64,000 nucleotides of DNA from an uncultured Chloroflexia bacterium (GTDB lineage: Bacteria; Chloroflexota; Limnocylindria; Limnocylindrales; CSP1-4). The stretch's first letter is position 1. Each line of letters starts with the position of its first letter. The stretch spans positions 192,001-256,000 of the forward strand of contig CAVYBU010000003.1 in the NCBI GenBank assembly GCA_963766735.1. The letters run 5' to 3'. Of this stretch, positions 39,851-49,240 are shown in pieces. A model generated the notes under the pieces. The model did no database searches, was not told the origin of the DNA, and was given only the letters and a program-made list of their open reading frames with translations. The translations under genes were made by a program, and so were the position numbers.

Positions 39851-41512
39851 TCAGCGCCCGTCGCGGGCGATGGTGAGGGTCACGGTCTGCAGGCCGTCCG
39901 CGGCGTGCACGTCCATCCCGTCCACCATGTGGCGGATCAGGAACAGGCCCCAGCCGCGCGGCTTCTGGCGGCCCTCGAGCTTGGCGTCGAGGTCCGGCAT
40001 CTCGGCCTCCGGGACCGGCCCGGACAGCGCCCGATCCGTGACGCGGATGTGGATGGCCTCGTCGTCGGCGTCAACGCGGACATCGACCGGGACCGCGGGA
40101 TCGCCCTGGGAGCCGTACTCGATCGCGTTCATCACGGCTTCCGCGACCGCCGTCTTGAGACGCTCCAGGCGCGCGGGTTCGAGGCCCAGCGGCGCCACTG
40201 CCTCGGCGACGCGCTGCATGGCCGCGCGCTCGTTCCCGATGGCGCCCTCGATGGTGAAGGCGATGAGCGGCTCGGCGTCGGCGATGCCTCCGGCGGCCGT
40301 CACGACCGGCTTCCGGTCGCGGGTCACAGGCACCTCGGGACGCTCCTCGGCCCATGCGTCCGCGGTTCCGTGCGAGCGGCGCAACGTGACGAGCGTGATG
40401 TCGTCCTCCTGCTCCATGCCGGGCCCGGTGAAGGCACGCAGCTCGTCGAGCAGTCGGTCCAGGAGAACGCTCCCGGCGTCGTCGGTGACCATCGCCTCGC
40501 GCAGGCGGGGGAAGCCGTACATCTCCCGGCCGGGTCCGTGCTGCTCCACCAGGCCGTCCGAATAGAGCAGCATGGCGTCGCCCTGGCCCACGAAGCCCTC
40601 GGTCTCCTCGTAGACGATGCCCGGCATCAGGCCGAGCGGCAGGCCGGTCGCCCGCAGCTCGATGACGCCGTCCGTCGTGCGCACGTAGGGCAGGTTGTGG
40701 CCGGCGTTCGCGAACACGAAGCGGCCGGTCTCGGGCTCCAGGACGCCGTAGAGGCAGGTGACGAACATCCGCGCCGGCATCTCGGGGGCGAGCAGCTCGT
40801 TCGCCCGGGCAAGGACCTTGCCGGGCTCGATGAGCCGCGGGGCCTCCGCCCGGAGGATCGAGTGGGTGCGGGCCATGACGAGGGCCGCCGGGACGCCCTT
40901 GTCGGTGACGTCGCCGACGACGACACCGATGCGGCCCTCGCCAAGGTCGATGAAATCGTAGAAGTCTCCGCCGACGACGCGTGCCGGTCCGTAGTACGCG
41001 GCGATCTGCCATTCGGGGAGGTTCGGGAGCTCGCGCGGGAGGAACTGCTGCTGGATCAGCTGGGCGACCTTGAGCTCCTGCTCGTACCGCTCGCGCTCGG
41101 CCGCTTCCGCGGCCTGCTCGCGGACGAGCTGCGCGACGCGGATCGCGGGCGCGGCCTGCGCCGCCAGGGTCGCGAGCAGCCGGCGGTCGTCAGTCGAGTA
41201 GTCCTGCTCGGAGAGGCGTGGCCCGAGGTTGAGCGTCCCGATGAGTTCGCCCTGGGTCACCAACGGCACGACGAGCGCGACGCCCGCTCCCCGCAGCTCC
41301 TCGAGAGCGGGCGAGGCGAGCTCCAGGCGGGTGAGGTCAACGGGTCCCGGTGCCGACTGGAGGTACGCGAACAGCGGGTCGGTCTCGGGGATGTCCACGG
41401 CGACGCCGGGCCGCTCAGCCGTCGGCACGGCGGGCGCGGGCATGACGACGGCCGCCGACTCGGGCTTGGGCCGGCCCATCAGGCGACGGAACGGGCGAGA
41501 GATCGCTGTCAT
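39851..41512 (-). CDS. Partial GAF + SpoIIE/PP2C phosphatase + RsbW-like HATPase fusion
   Basis: VVPLVTQGELIGTLNLGPR..LATLAAQAAPAI (GAF C-part); VGGDFYD, GDVTDKG, YSDGLVE, EDDIT (PP2C); AVAEAVMNAIEYG, GWGLFLI (kinase). ATG 41512 preferred from promoter geometry; 41545 is the alternative. Confidence 0.9.
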   Translation of the reverse strand: MTAISRPFRRLMGRPKPESAAVVMPAPAVPTAERPGVAVDIPETDPLFAYLQSAPGPVDLTRLELASPALEELRGAGVALVVPLVTQGELIGTLNLGPRLSEQDYSTDDRRLLATLAAQAAPAIRVAQLVREQAAEAAERERYEQELKVAQLIQQQFLPRELPNLPEWQIAAYYGPARVVGGDFYDFIDLGEGRIGVVVGDVTDKGVPAALVMARTHSILRAEAPRLIEPGKVLARANELLAPEMPARMFVTCLYGVLEPETGRFVFANAGHNLPYVRTTDGVIELRATGLPLGLMPGIVYEETEGFVGQGDAMLLYSDGLVEQHGPGREMYGFPRLREAMVTDDAGSVLLDRLLDELRAFTGPGMEQEDDITLVTLRRSHGTADAWAEERPEVPVTRDRKPVVTAAGGIADAEPLIAFTIEGAIGNERAAMQRVAEAVAPLGLEPARLERLKTAVAEAVMNAIEYGSQGDPAVPVDVRVDADDEAIHIRVTDRALSGPVPEAEMPDLDAKLEGRQKPRGWGLFLIRHMVDGMDVHAADGLQTVTLTIARDGR

Positions 41513-41519
41513 GGGCGCC

Positions 41520-41552
41520 ATCCTCAAGGTTGTGTGTTCGGACATCGTTACG
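41520..41552 (-). promoter_or_regulatory. SARP-type direct-repeat promoter (copy 1)
   Basis: CGTAACG-atgt-CCGAACA-N9-GAGGAT-N7-ATG. Confidence 0.65.
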
Positions 41553-42738
41553 AAGGCTGGGCAGAGCTGTCACTGCTTGCGTTACGAAGCCATATGCCGG
41601 CGGCAGCCGGTTTGACCGCAGCGCTGGTCGTCGCGACGAGGGCGTCATGCACGGAATTGACGTCGATCTCGTTCCGAAGCCGCTCAGCGAAGGCGTCCGC
41701 CGTTCGCTGCCCGTCGTACCGCGCCCGGTCGAACCGGCGGTCCACGACGCGCTGGACCCGCCGCCGCAGCGGCTGGAACAGCGCGAACGCGACGAGGGTG
41801 GACGCCGCCACCGCGAGCGTGTTCTCGTTCGTGACCGGTGCGAGCACCGTCTGCAGCGCGACGACGAGGCCCGCGAACACCGCCACCAGGATCCCCGTCA
41901 CGATCGCCCAGCCGATCGTGCGGCTGACGATCCGGTCGATCTCATACAGGCGGTACCGGGTGATGGCGATCGCGATCGCGATCGGGATCAGTGGGTAGGC
42001 GATGACGGCCGGCCACCACATCCAGGTGCCCGTCGTGTCGACCAGCAGGATCACCGCGAAGGCGAAGACCACCGTGCCCAGGGTGACGGCGAGGGCCGCC
42101 AGGAGCCACTTGTACTGCTCGCGTTCCGCCCCTTCGGCTCGCCGGAACCGGACGATGAGGGTCCCGATGGCTGCGGCGAGGGCGATGAGCACCGCCACGA
42201 ACACGCCCGTCTGGATGACCGGCCATCCGGGCCAGTCGGGCGCGATGCCGAACGGCAGTCGGACGGCGACCGCGATCCCATCGGTGAAGTTGACGGTGGC
42301 ATCCGGCGCGAAGGCCAGGACGATGGCGAAGACGATCGGGACCGCGACGGCGAGCCGGCCGACGGTACCCAATCGGCCCGCCGGGAACCGCCCGGCTGGG
42401 AACAGGACGGCCAGCGCGACAAACACCCCGAACGCCAGGCCGCTGCCCCACGAGTTGGTCCACGCCATGAGCGTGATCCCCGCGTCGGCATGACCATCGA
42501 CGACCTGGGACGAGGGGCCCGGCACAACGGTGCCGAGCGTCTCGAAGGCCAGGGCGAACGCGACGAGCAGCCAGCCGACGACCTCTCGCGGCCGGCGCCA
42601 GGCCAGGAACAGGCCGACCGCGCAGTACGACCCGATGATCCAGGCGCCCGAGATGTCCTGCCCGGACCACACGGCGATGCCGACGACCAGCATCACCACG
42701 CCGGCATATGGCACGGCGCGCAGGTGCTCCAGCCTCAT
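41548..42738 (-). CDS. Multi-pass membrane sensor-like protein, paralog 1
   Basis: About 10 TM segments; LFPAGR, REQYKW, RYRLYEIDR, FQPLRRRVQ..DRRFDRARYD, ends ..AGIWLR plus 11 aa. Confidence 0.85.
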   Translation of the reverse strand: MRLEHLRAVPYAGVVMLVVGIAVWSGQDISGAWIIGSYCAVGLFLAWRRPREVVGWLLVAFALAFETLGTVVPGPSSQVVDGHADAGITLMAWTNSWGSGLAFGVFVALAVLFPAGRFPAGRLGTVGRLAVAVPIVFAIVLAFAPDATVNFTDGIAVAVRLPFGIAPDWPGWPVIQTGVFVAVLIALAAAIGTLIVRFRRAEGAEREQYKWLLAALAVTLGTVVFAFAVILLVDTTGTWMWWPAVIAYPLIPIAIAIAITRYRLYEIDRIVSRTIGWAIVTGILVAVFAGLVVALQTVLAPVTNENTLAVAASTLVAFALFQPLRRRVQRVVDRRFDRARYDGQRTADAFAERLRNEIDVNSVHDALVATTSAAVKPAAAGIWLRNASSDSSAQPS

Positions 42739-43925
42739 CCCCCCGCCTCCGTCCGCACCCAGACCGCGACCGAGCCCGGCCGGAGGGCCTCGTGCACGGT
42801 GACCGCGATGTCGGTCTCCACTCCGGCGAGGTCGACCCGGTCGCGCAACCGCTCGCCGAATGCGGTCACCACCCGCTCCCCGTCGTACCGGGCCCGGTCG
42901 AACCGGCGATCCACGGCCCGCTGGACCCGCCGGCGCAGCGGCTGGAACAGGGCGAACGCGACGAGCGTGGACGCCGCGACCGCGAGGGTGTCGTTGTCCG
43001 TCACGGGCGCAAGGATCGCCTGGAGGCCAACGATCATCGCCGCAAAGAGGCCCGCCAGCAGCGCGGTGACGATGAGCCAGCCCAGCGTCCGGCTGATGAC
43101 CCGGTCGATCTCGTACAGGCGGTAGCGGGTGATGGCGACGTAGATCGCGGCCGGGATCATCGGGTAGGCGAAGATCGCGGGGAGCCAGGCGAGGCCGCCG
43201 ATCCCCTCCCCGAACACGATGATCGAGCTGAGCCCGGCGATCACCGCGAAGACCATGAACGCGAGCGCGGCGACGAGCCATCGAAGCTGGAGCCGCTCGA
43301 CGCCGGTCGCACGGCGGTACCTGATGAGCATCGAGATCACGCCGATCATCAGCAGGACGACGACCGGCGCAATGAGCGAATCGAGCGGGATCACCGACCA
43401 GATCGCAAGGTCCGGCAGGATGGCGAACCGATTGGGGACCACCACCGTCTCATTGCCGGCTAGGTTGAAGCCGACGACTGGCGCAGCGGCGGCGACGATG
43501 GGGATCATGGCGCACACCCCCAGCATGGCGATCGCAGGTCGTCGCCAGGGTCCTCTCGGCAACCGGCCGGACGGGAACAGGAGCATCAGGGCCACGAATC
43601 CGCCGAAGGTCGCGTAGCCGCTCCACGAGGAGGCCCACGCCGCGAGGAACTGATCCAGGGGTGCGGTTCCGTCCTGCAACGCCGTCGCATCGAGTTGGAG
43701 CTCCGTCGTGGTGCCGATGAACCCGAACGCGATCGCGACGAGGAGCCAGCCAATGCTGTTGCCAGGTCGTCGGATGACCAGGACGGCCCCGATGGCGGCA
43801 TAGCTCGTGTAGAAGAACAGGGTGAACGGATCCAGGCGGGCGAGGAACAGCCCGAACACGAGCAGTGTCAGGAGCAGGATGCGGCCCACGACTCCGAGCG
43901 GGCGCGGCGCCGTGGTCGTCGTCAT
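42735..43925 (-). CDS. Multi-pass membrane sensor-like protein, paralog 2
   Basis: RRPGNSIGWLL, LFPSGRL, RLQLRW, RYRLYEIDR, ends VAVWVRTEAGG; ATGA overlaps at both ends. Confidence 0.85.
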   Translation of the reverse strand: MTTTTAPRPLGVVGRILLLTLLVFGLFLARLDPFTLFFYTSYAAIGAVLVIRRPGNSIGWLLVAIAFGFIGTTTELQLDATALQDGTAPLDQFLAAWASSWSGYATFGGFVALMLLFPSGRLPRGPWRRPAIAMLGVCAMIPIVAAAAPVVGFNLAGNETVVVPNRFAILPDLAIWSVIPLDSLIAPVVVLLMIGVISMLIRYRRATGVERLQLRWLVAALAFMVFAVIAGLSSIIVFGEGIGGLAWLPAIFAYPMIPAAIYVAITRYRLYEIDRVISRTLGWLIVTALLAGLFAAMIVGLQAILAPVTDNDTLAVAASTLVAFALFQPLRRRVQRAVDRRFDRARYDGERVVTAFGERLRDRVDLAGVETDIAVTVHEALRPGSVAVWVRTEAGG

Positions 43926-45124
43926 CGAGCCTTTCTGAGCCACACGGACGCGGCTGCCGGCGCCACGGCATCGTCGACGGTTTGCACGATCGCTGAGCGC
44001 AGCCGGTCCAGGTCCACCTGGTCCCGCAGCTCCCCTGCGAACGATGCCACGACGCGTTCGCCGTTGACCCGGGTCCGATTGAACCGCCGGTCGATCGGCG
44101 CCTGCACGCGACGCCGGAGCGGCTGGAACAGGCCCGCGACAACGAGCGTTGCAGCCGCGGTGACCAGGGTCGAGCTGCCGGCGACATCCGCGAGGACCGC
44201 CTGGAGCGCGAGGTTCGTCGCGACGAAGGCGATCGCGAGGAGTGCCGTGAGGAGCGCGTACGTGATCGTTCGCCCGACGATGCGGTCGATCTCGTACAGG
44301 CGGTAGCGAAGGACCGCGATCGCGATCGAGACGGGCACGAGGCCCAGCGCGATCGTGGTGACGATGAACGCGGCAACGCTCAGCGGATCGGGCAGCACCG
44401 TGGCCCCGAGAATACCCAGGAGAGCAAGCCCGGCCGTGGCGCCGAACCACTTCAGCTGCTGGCGCTCGATCGGCGTCCCCCGCCGATAGCGGATGAACGG
44501 CGCCGCGAGGATGACCGGGAGGCAGACGATGAGCACCAGGCTCCCGACCTCGGACATCGCCGCCGCCAGGTCCGTCAGGCCACCCAGGGCGGCGAAGCCG
44601 GGTGGCAGCGGGACTCCCGGCGCCACATCGACCGAGGTGGGCAGGATGATGGCGGTGACGATCTGGGAGAGCAACGCGGCCGCGATCAGCAGCGCGACGA
44701 TGCGCCAGCGAGAGGACGGCAGGTGGCCGTCCGGGAAGCACAGCGGCAGGCCGGCCAGCGCGAAGGCGAGCGCCGGAGTGAACAGGAGGCTGCCCCACCA
44801 CCCTGCGTACGGCAACGGCAGTGACCCGCCGTAGACCTCGGCGTTGAGAAACCCCCACATCTGGCCGATCAGCGCCACGCCGAACCAGACGCCCGTCCCC
44901 CATACGACCCAGCCGACGAGATGCCCCGGACGGCGGGTCGCGATCACGCTTCCGACGAGTGACCACGACATCACGACGAACGTGTAGACGGGTATCGCCC
45001 AGCCGTCCGACTCCTGTGGAGGGAGCACGGCGACGAGGACGCCCAGGGTGATGGGCACGCCGAGCCCCAGCAGCCACACGAAGCCGGCGACTGGGCGGGC
45101 GAGGCTTCGCTGTTGGACCATCAC
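43922..45124 (-). CDS. Multi-pass membrane sensor-like protein, paralog 3
   Basis: RRPGHLVGW, FPDGHLPSSRWR, ERQQLKWF, RYRLYEIDR, ends ASVWLRKAR. Confidence 0.85.
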   Translation of the reverse strand: MMVQQRSLARPVAGFVWLLGLGVPITLGVLVAVLPPQESDGWAIPVYTFVVMSWSLVGSVIATRRPGHLVGWVVWGTGVWFGVALIGQMWGFLNAEVYGGSLPLPYAGWWGSLLFTPALAFALAGLPLCFPDGHLPSSRWRIVALLIAAALLSQIVTAIILPTSVDVAPGVPLPPGFAALGGLTDLAAAMSEVGSLVLIVCLPVILAAPFIRYRRGTPIERQQLKWFGATAGLALLGILGATVLPDPLSVAAFIVTTIALGLVPVSIAIAVLRYRLYEIDRIVGRTITYALLTALLAIAFVATNLALQAVLADVAGSSTLVTAAATLVVAGLFQPLRRRVQAPIDRRFNRTRVNGERVVASFAGELRDQVDLDRLRSAIVQTVDDAVAPAAASVWLRKAR

Positions 45125-46326
45125 GGTTGCTCGGCCCCTCCCACCGCGATCGGACGCTCAGACCGGAGCCAGATCGTGGCACCCGCTGGCCGAACCGCCT
45201 CCACGACCACCTCCACGACCGCGGTACGAAGACGTCCGAGGTCGACCTCATCCCGAGCCTGACGCGCGAACACGCCAACCAGCTGCTCGGCATTGTGGTG
45301 CGCCCGGTTGAAGCGGCGGTCGATGGGCGCCTGAACCCGGCGCCGGATCGGCTGGAACAGCGTTGCGACGATCAGCGTGGAGACTGCGACCGCAATGGGT
45401 GGCAGCTCTCCCGCGCCGGCGACCAGTGCCTGCAGCAGGAGGTTCGTGCCGACGAAGACCGCGGCCAGGAGCGCCGTCACGATCGCGTACGACAGCGTCC
45501 GGCCGATGATCCGGTCGATGTCGTACAGGCGGTACCGCAGGATCGCGATGCCGATGGCGATCGGCAGCAGGGCGAGGGACAGTTGCCAGGCGCTCCACAG
45601 CCACGCCGGCCCGATGAACAGGCCCGGGAAGAGCACGACCGGCAAGGCGCCTGCGGCAGCAACCCACCGGATCTGGGCGCGGACGACGGGCCCGGCCCGC
45701 CGATAGCGGCGCGCAAGCACAACCGCGGTCACGGCCAGCCCGGCAACGTACAGGAGCAGGGCTGCGTTGGCGATCGACTCCGCGGTCCCGCGGCCAAGCG
45801 CGCTCATGCCGAGCGGGTTGCTCGTCCGTTCGATCCAGCCGGCCTGCACCTGGCCCGGTGCGAAGGTGGCAATTGCCGTGCAGGTGAGCGCAACGATGAA
45901 CATGCCGTTGGCGATCGCGGACAGTCGGTCCCGCTCGAGCCCGGCCGGGAACCGGACGAGGAGGAGGCCCGCGGACATCAGGACCGCGCCCCAGAGCTGC
46001 GACGAGACGACTGCGGCGGCGGCGCCGACCGGCGGGATCGGGCCCGGCGCCCCGTCGAGGGCGACGGCCAGGATCTTGAGCCCGGTTGTGGTGATCGCGA
46101 TGATCCCGATGAGGAGCGCCATCCTCCCGACGGGCTCCCGGGGGCGACGGGTGACGAGGATCGCGCCGACGGTGGTGAACCCGAACCCGAACCCGAACAC
46201 GACGACGACCTCCTCCCACGTGGTTGCCGCACGGGGATCGGTCAGCGCCGCCCACGACGCGACGATGGTCACGAGCAGCGCGAGCAGCCAGGTGACGGAG
46301 ACGAGCCGGACGCGGGTCGAGGTCAT
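45121..46326 (-). CDS. Multi-pass membrane sensor-like protein, paralog 4
   Basis: RRPREPVG, RAQIRWV, RYRLYDIDR, ends ATIWLR plus 12 aa. Confidence 0.85.
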   Translation of the reverse strand: MTSTRVRLVSVTWLLALLVTIVASWAALTDPRAATTWEEVVVVFGFGFGFTTVGAILVTRRPREPVGRMALLIGIIAITTTGLKILAVALDGAPGPIPPVGAAAAVVSSQLWGAVLMSAGLLLVRFPAGLERDRLSAIANGMFIVALTCTAIATFAPGQVQAGWIERTSNPLGMSALGRGTAESIANAALLLYVAGLAVTAVVLARRYRRAGPVVRAQIRWVAAAGALPVVLFPGLFIGPAWLWSAWQLSLALLPIAIGIAILRYRLYDIDRIIGRTLSYAIVTALLAAVFVGTNLLLQALVAGAGELPPIAVAVSTLIVATLFQPIRRRVQAPIDRRFNRAHHNAEQLVGVFARQARDEVDLGRLRTAVVEVVVEAVRPAGATIWLRSERPIAVGGAEQP

Positions 46327-46334
46327 GGCACCGG

Positions 46335-46367
46335 AAGTTGCAGGGACGTCGTTCGGGAAACGTTACG
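46335..46367 (-). promoter_or_regulatory. SARP-type direct-repeat promoter (copy 2)
   Basis: CGTAACG-tttc-CCGAACG-N9-CAACTT-N8-ATG. Confidence 0.65.
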
Positions 46368-46399
46368 GGATTGCGGCCCGACGCTGTACCGTACGCTCG

Positions 46400-49234
46400 A
46401 TGCCGCTCGATATTCGCGTTCTCGGTCCCCTCGAGGTCCAGGTGGACGGCGAGCCGATCCGCGTCGACACCCGCAAGGCCGTCGCGATCCTCGCGCTCCT
46501 GGCGGTGGAGCGGCGGCCGTACGCGCGTGATGAGCTCGCGGCGATCTTCTGGCCGGAGTCCGACGATGGATCCGCCCGGGGCGCGCTGCGCCGGACGCTG
46601 TCGGTGCTCAGGGCGGCGCTCGGCGATCGCTGGCTGCACGTCGACCGCTCGACGGTCTCCCTCGCGGCCCACGGCGCAGGGGTCTGGCTGGACCTCGCTG
46701 CGCTCGAAGCGGGCGCCGCCGGTGGCGACCAGGGTGCGCTCGCGGAGGCTGCGGCCCTGGCCCGAGGCCCCTTCCTCGCCGGGTTCTCGCTCCGCGACAG
46801 CCCGGACTTCGACGACTGGCGTGCCACCCGTGCCGTCACCGTCGAGCGGCGCGTCGTCGAGGTGCTGGAGGGCCTCGTCACGGCGGCGGAGGCTGGTGGC
46901 GACCCAATGGCCGCGATCGCGGCCGCGGCGCGGCTCGTGGAGCTGGATCCGCTCGACGAGCCCGCACGCCAGCGGCTGATGGCGGCGCTTGCCCGCGGCG
47001 GCGACCGGGCCGGAGCGATCCGCGAGTACCGCACCACCGTGGCCATGCTGGAGCGGGAGCTGGGCGTGGTGCCATTGGCGACGACCACGGAGCTGTACGA
47101 GGCGATCCGGGATGGGCGGCTCGCGCCGGTCGTGCACGTGCCACCGGCGCATGTGATGAGCGGTGCACCGGCGGCAACCGTCGTCGAGCCGAGGACCAGG
47201 CTGCCGATGCTGGGCCGGCGGCTGGAGTTGGAGTCGCTCCTCGATGCGTACCGTCGATCGTCGGCGGACGGGCGCGTCGCCAGCGTCACCGGCGAGGCTG
47301 GGATCGGGAAGTCCCGCCTCGTTGAGGCGCTGCTCGCACGGGCGGCGGCCGATGGCGCCACGGTGCTCCTGGCCCGCGCCTTCCCGGCCGAGGGGTCCAT
47401 CGCCTATGCGCCGATCGTGGAGCTGCTCCGGGCGGGGTTCGCGGTGCCCGGAGCCGCCCAGCGCCTCGCAGAGCTCGCGCCAGCCACCCTGGCGGAGGTC
47501 GAGCGTCTCGTGCCGCTGCCCGACGGCGTGGCGACGGACAGCGCGGCACCGGGCGCGGCCGAGTCGCCCGCTGCGCGCGCGAGGCTGCTCGAGGCGATCG
47601 CGGCGGCGCTCGCGGCGATCGGCCATGGCGCCACGCCGGGCATCGTTGCCGTGGACGATCTGCAGTGGGCGGATGACGCATCGCGGGAGGCGCTCCTCTA
47701 CATCGCCCGGAGGCTGACCGGTCGGCCGATGCTCCTCCTCCTCACATGGCGCCCCGGGGACCTGGAGGAGGGAACCCAGCTGTTCGCGGAGGCCATCCAC
47801 GGGCTCCCGGGCGCGACGTCGGTGCGGCTGGAGCGGCTGGACGACGTGGTGGTCGGGGCGCTTGTCGATGCGGCTGCCGCGGCCGGTCTGCCGGCCTGGG
47901 ACGCGGCGGCACTCGCCTCGGAGTCCGAGGGGCTGCCGCTGTACGTGGTCGAGGCCCTGATGGCCGGTCCCGGCGCAGCCGGCCAGGCGCCGCCGCGTGG
48001 CGTCCGCGCGCTGCTGCGAGAGCGCCTCGCGAGCGTCTCGGAGACGGCGAGCCAGGTGCTCGCGACGGCCGCGGTGATCGGTCGCTCATTCGATTTCCCG
48101 ACGGTCCGGGTGGCCAGCGGCCGCTCTGACGACGAGACCGTCACGGCCCTCGAGGAGCTCGTCCACCGGGGGATCGTCCGCGAGCTTGCGAGCGGGCGGG
48201 AGACTGCCTTCGACTTCGGGCACGCCCGGCTCCGGGACGCGGCGTACGAGGAGATCGGGCTGGCGCGCCGGCGGCTTCTTCACCGGCGGATCGCGGAGGT
48301 GCTGCGGGCCGACCCGGCCGGGCGCCACGACCCGGGACGGCTGGCGCAGATCGCTGGCCACGAACAGGCCGCCGGACGGGACGCCGCCGCCGCCGAGGCC
48401 TACCGCGAGGCGGGGCTCGGGTCGCGGCGGATCTACGCCCATCGCGAGGCACTCGAGCTTCTCGAGACGGCCCTGGCCCTCGGGCACCCGGACGTCGTGG
48501 GACTCCAGGTCGCGATCGGCGAGATCCGCACGGCCCAGGGGGACTACGCGGCGGCGATCGCCTCGCTCGAGGCCGCGGCGGCGATCGGCGACGAGGCCGC
48601 CCTGTCGGGCGTCGAGCTGCGCCTGGGGCAGGTCCACGCCCGGCGCGGTGATGTGGCCACGGCCGCGAGCCATCTCGACGCGGCGCTGGCCGGGGCAGAC
48701 GAGCGACTCCGGCCAGGGGTGCTGGTCGAGCGCGGCGCCGTGGCGATGCGAGCCGGCGACCTGGACCTGGCGACCTCGCTTGCGGACCAGGCACTGGCCG
48801 CCGTGGCGGGCACCACCGATGACAGGACGACCGGGGCCGCCCGCCGGCTGCTGGGCCTGGTCGCCCTGCGGCGTGGCGATCTTGATGCGGCGCGCGCCTC
48901 GCTCCGGACGGCCGTCGACGCGGCTGGGCCCGGGCTGCACGGCGACCCGGCGGCCGCGATCGCCGCGCGGAACGGCCTGGCACTCGTCGAGGCGGCGGCA
49001 GGTGACCACGCCGCAGCGATCGTCCTTCTCCAAGAGGCGTTGGCCGAATGCCGGCGGACCGGCGAGACGCATCTCGAGGCTGCGGTCGAGAACAACCTCG
49101 CCGACCAGCTCCGCGCCGCCGGTCGCAGCGACGAGGCCATGGCCCATCTCAAGCGTGCCGTGGCGCTGTTCGCGGAGGTCGGCGGGCGCCCGGGCGAGCT
49201 GGAGCCGGAGATCTGGAAGCTGGTCTCCTGGTAG
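46400..49234 (+). CDS. SARP/AfsR-like regulator: winged HTH + BTAD + AAA (STAND) ATPase + TPR
   Basis: IRVLGPLEV, ELDPLDEPARQRLM (BTAD), GEAGIGKSRL, VDDLQWAD, FDFGHARLRDAAY, TPR tail; leaderless TACCGT-N7-ATG. Confidence 0.9.
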   Translation: MPLDIRVLGPLEVQVDGEPIRVDTRKAVAILALLAVERRPYARDELAAIFWPESDDGSARGALRRTLSVLRAALGDRWLHVDRSTVSLAAHGAGVWLDLAALEAGAAGGDQGALAEAAALARGPFLAGFSLRDSPDFDDWRATRAVTVERRVVEVLEGLVTAAEAGGDPMAAIAAAARLVELDPLDEPARQRLMAALARGGDRAGAIREYRTTVAMLERELGVVPLATTTELYEAIRDGRLAPVVHVPPAHVMSGAPAATVVEPRTRLPMLGRRLELESLLDAYRRSSADGRVASVTGEAGIGKSRLVEALLARAAADGATVLLARAFPAEGSIAYAPIVELLRAGFAVPGAAQRLAELAPATLAEVERLVPLPDGVATDSAAPGAAESPAARARLLEAIAAALAAIGHGATPGIVAVDDLQWADDASREALLYIARRLTGRPMLLLLTWRPGDLEEGTQLFAEAIHGLPGATSVRLERLDDVVVGALVDAAAAAGLPAWDAAALASESEGLPLYVVEALMAGPGAAGQAPPRGVRALLRERLASVSETASQVLATAAVIGRSFDFPTVRVASGRSDDETVTALEELVHRGIVRELASGRETAFDFGHARLRDAAYEEIGLARRRLLHRRIAEVLRADPAGRHDPGRLAQIAGHEQAAGRDAAAAEAYREAGLGSRRIYAHREALELLETALALGHPDVVGLQVAIGEIRTAQGDYAAAIASLEAAAAIGDEAALSGVELRLGQVHARRGDVATAASHLDAALAGADERLRPGVLVERGAVAMRAGDLDLATSLADQALAAVAGTTDDRTTGAARRLLGLVALRRGDLDAARASLRTAVDAAGPGLHGDPAAAIAARNGLALVEAAAGDHAAAIVLLQEALAECRRTGETHLEAAVENNLADQLRAAGRSDEAMAHLKRAVALFAEVGGRPGELEPEIWKLVSW

Positions 49235-49240
49235 GGACGA

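Noticed and set aside
41545-41550. Programmed readthrough or frameshift fusing receptor paralog 1 to the phosphatase
   Set aside because: The frames differ (TAA-cg-ATG), no slippery site is evident, the phosphatase has its own promoter motif, and three other paralogs end at the same point.
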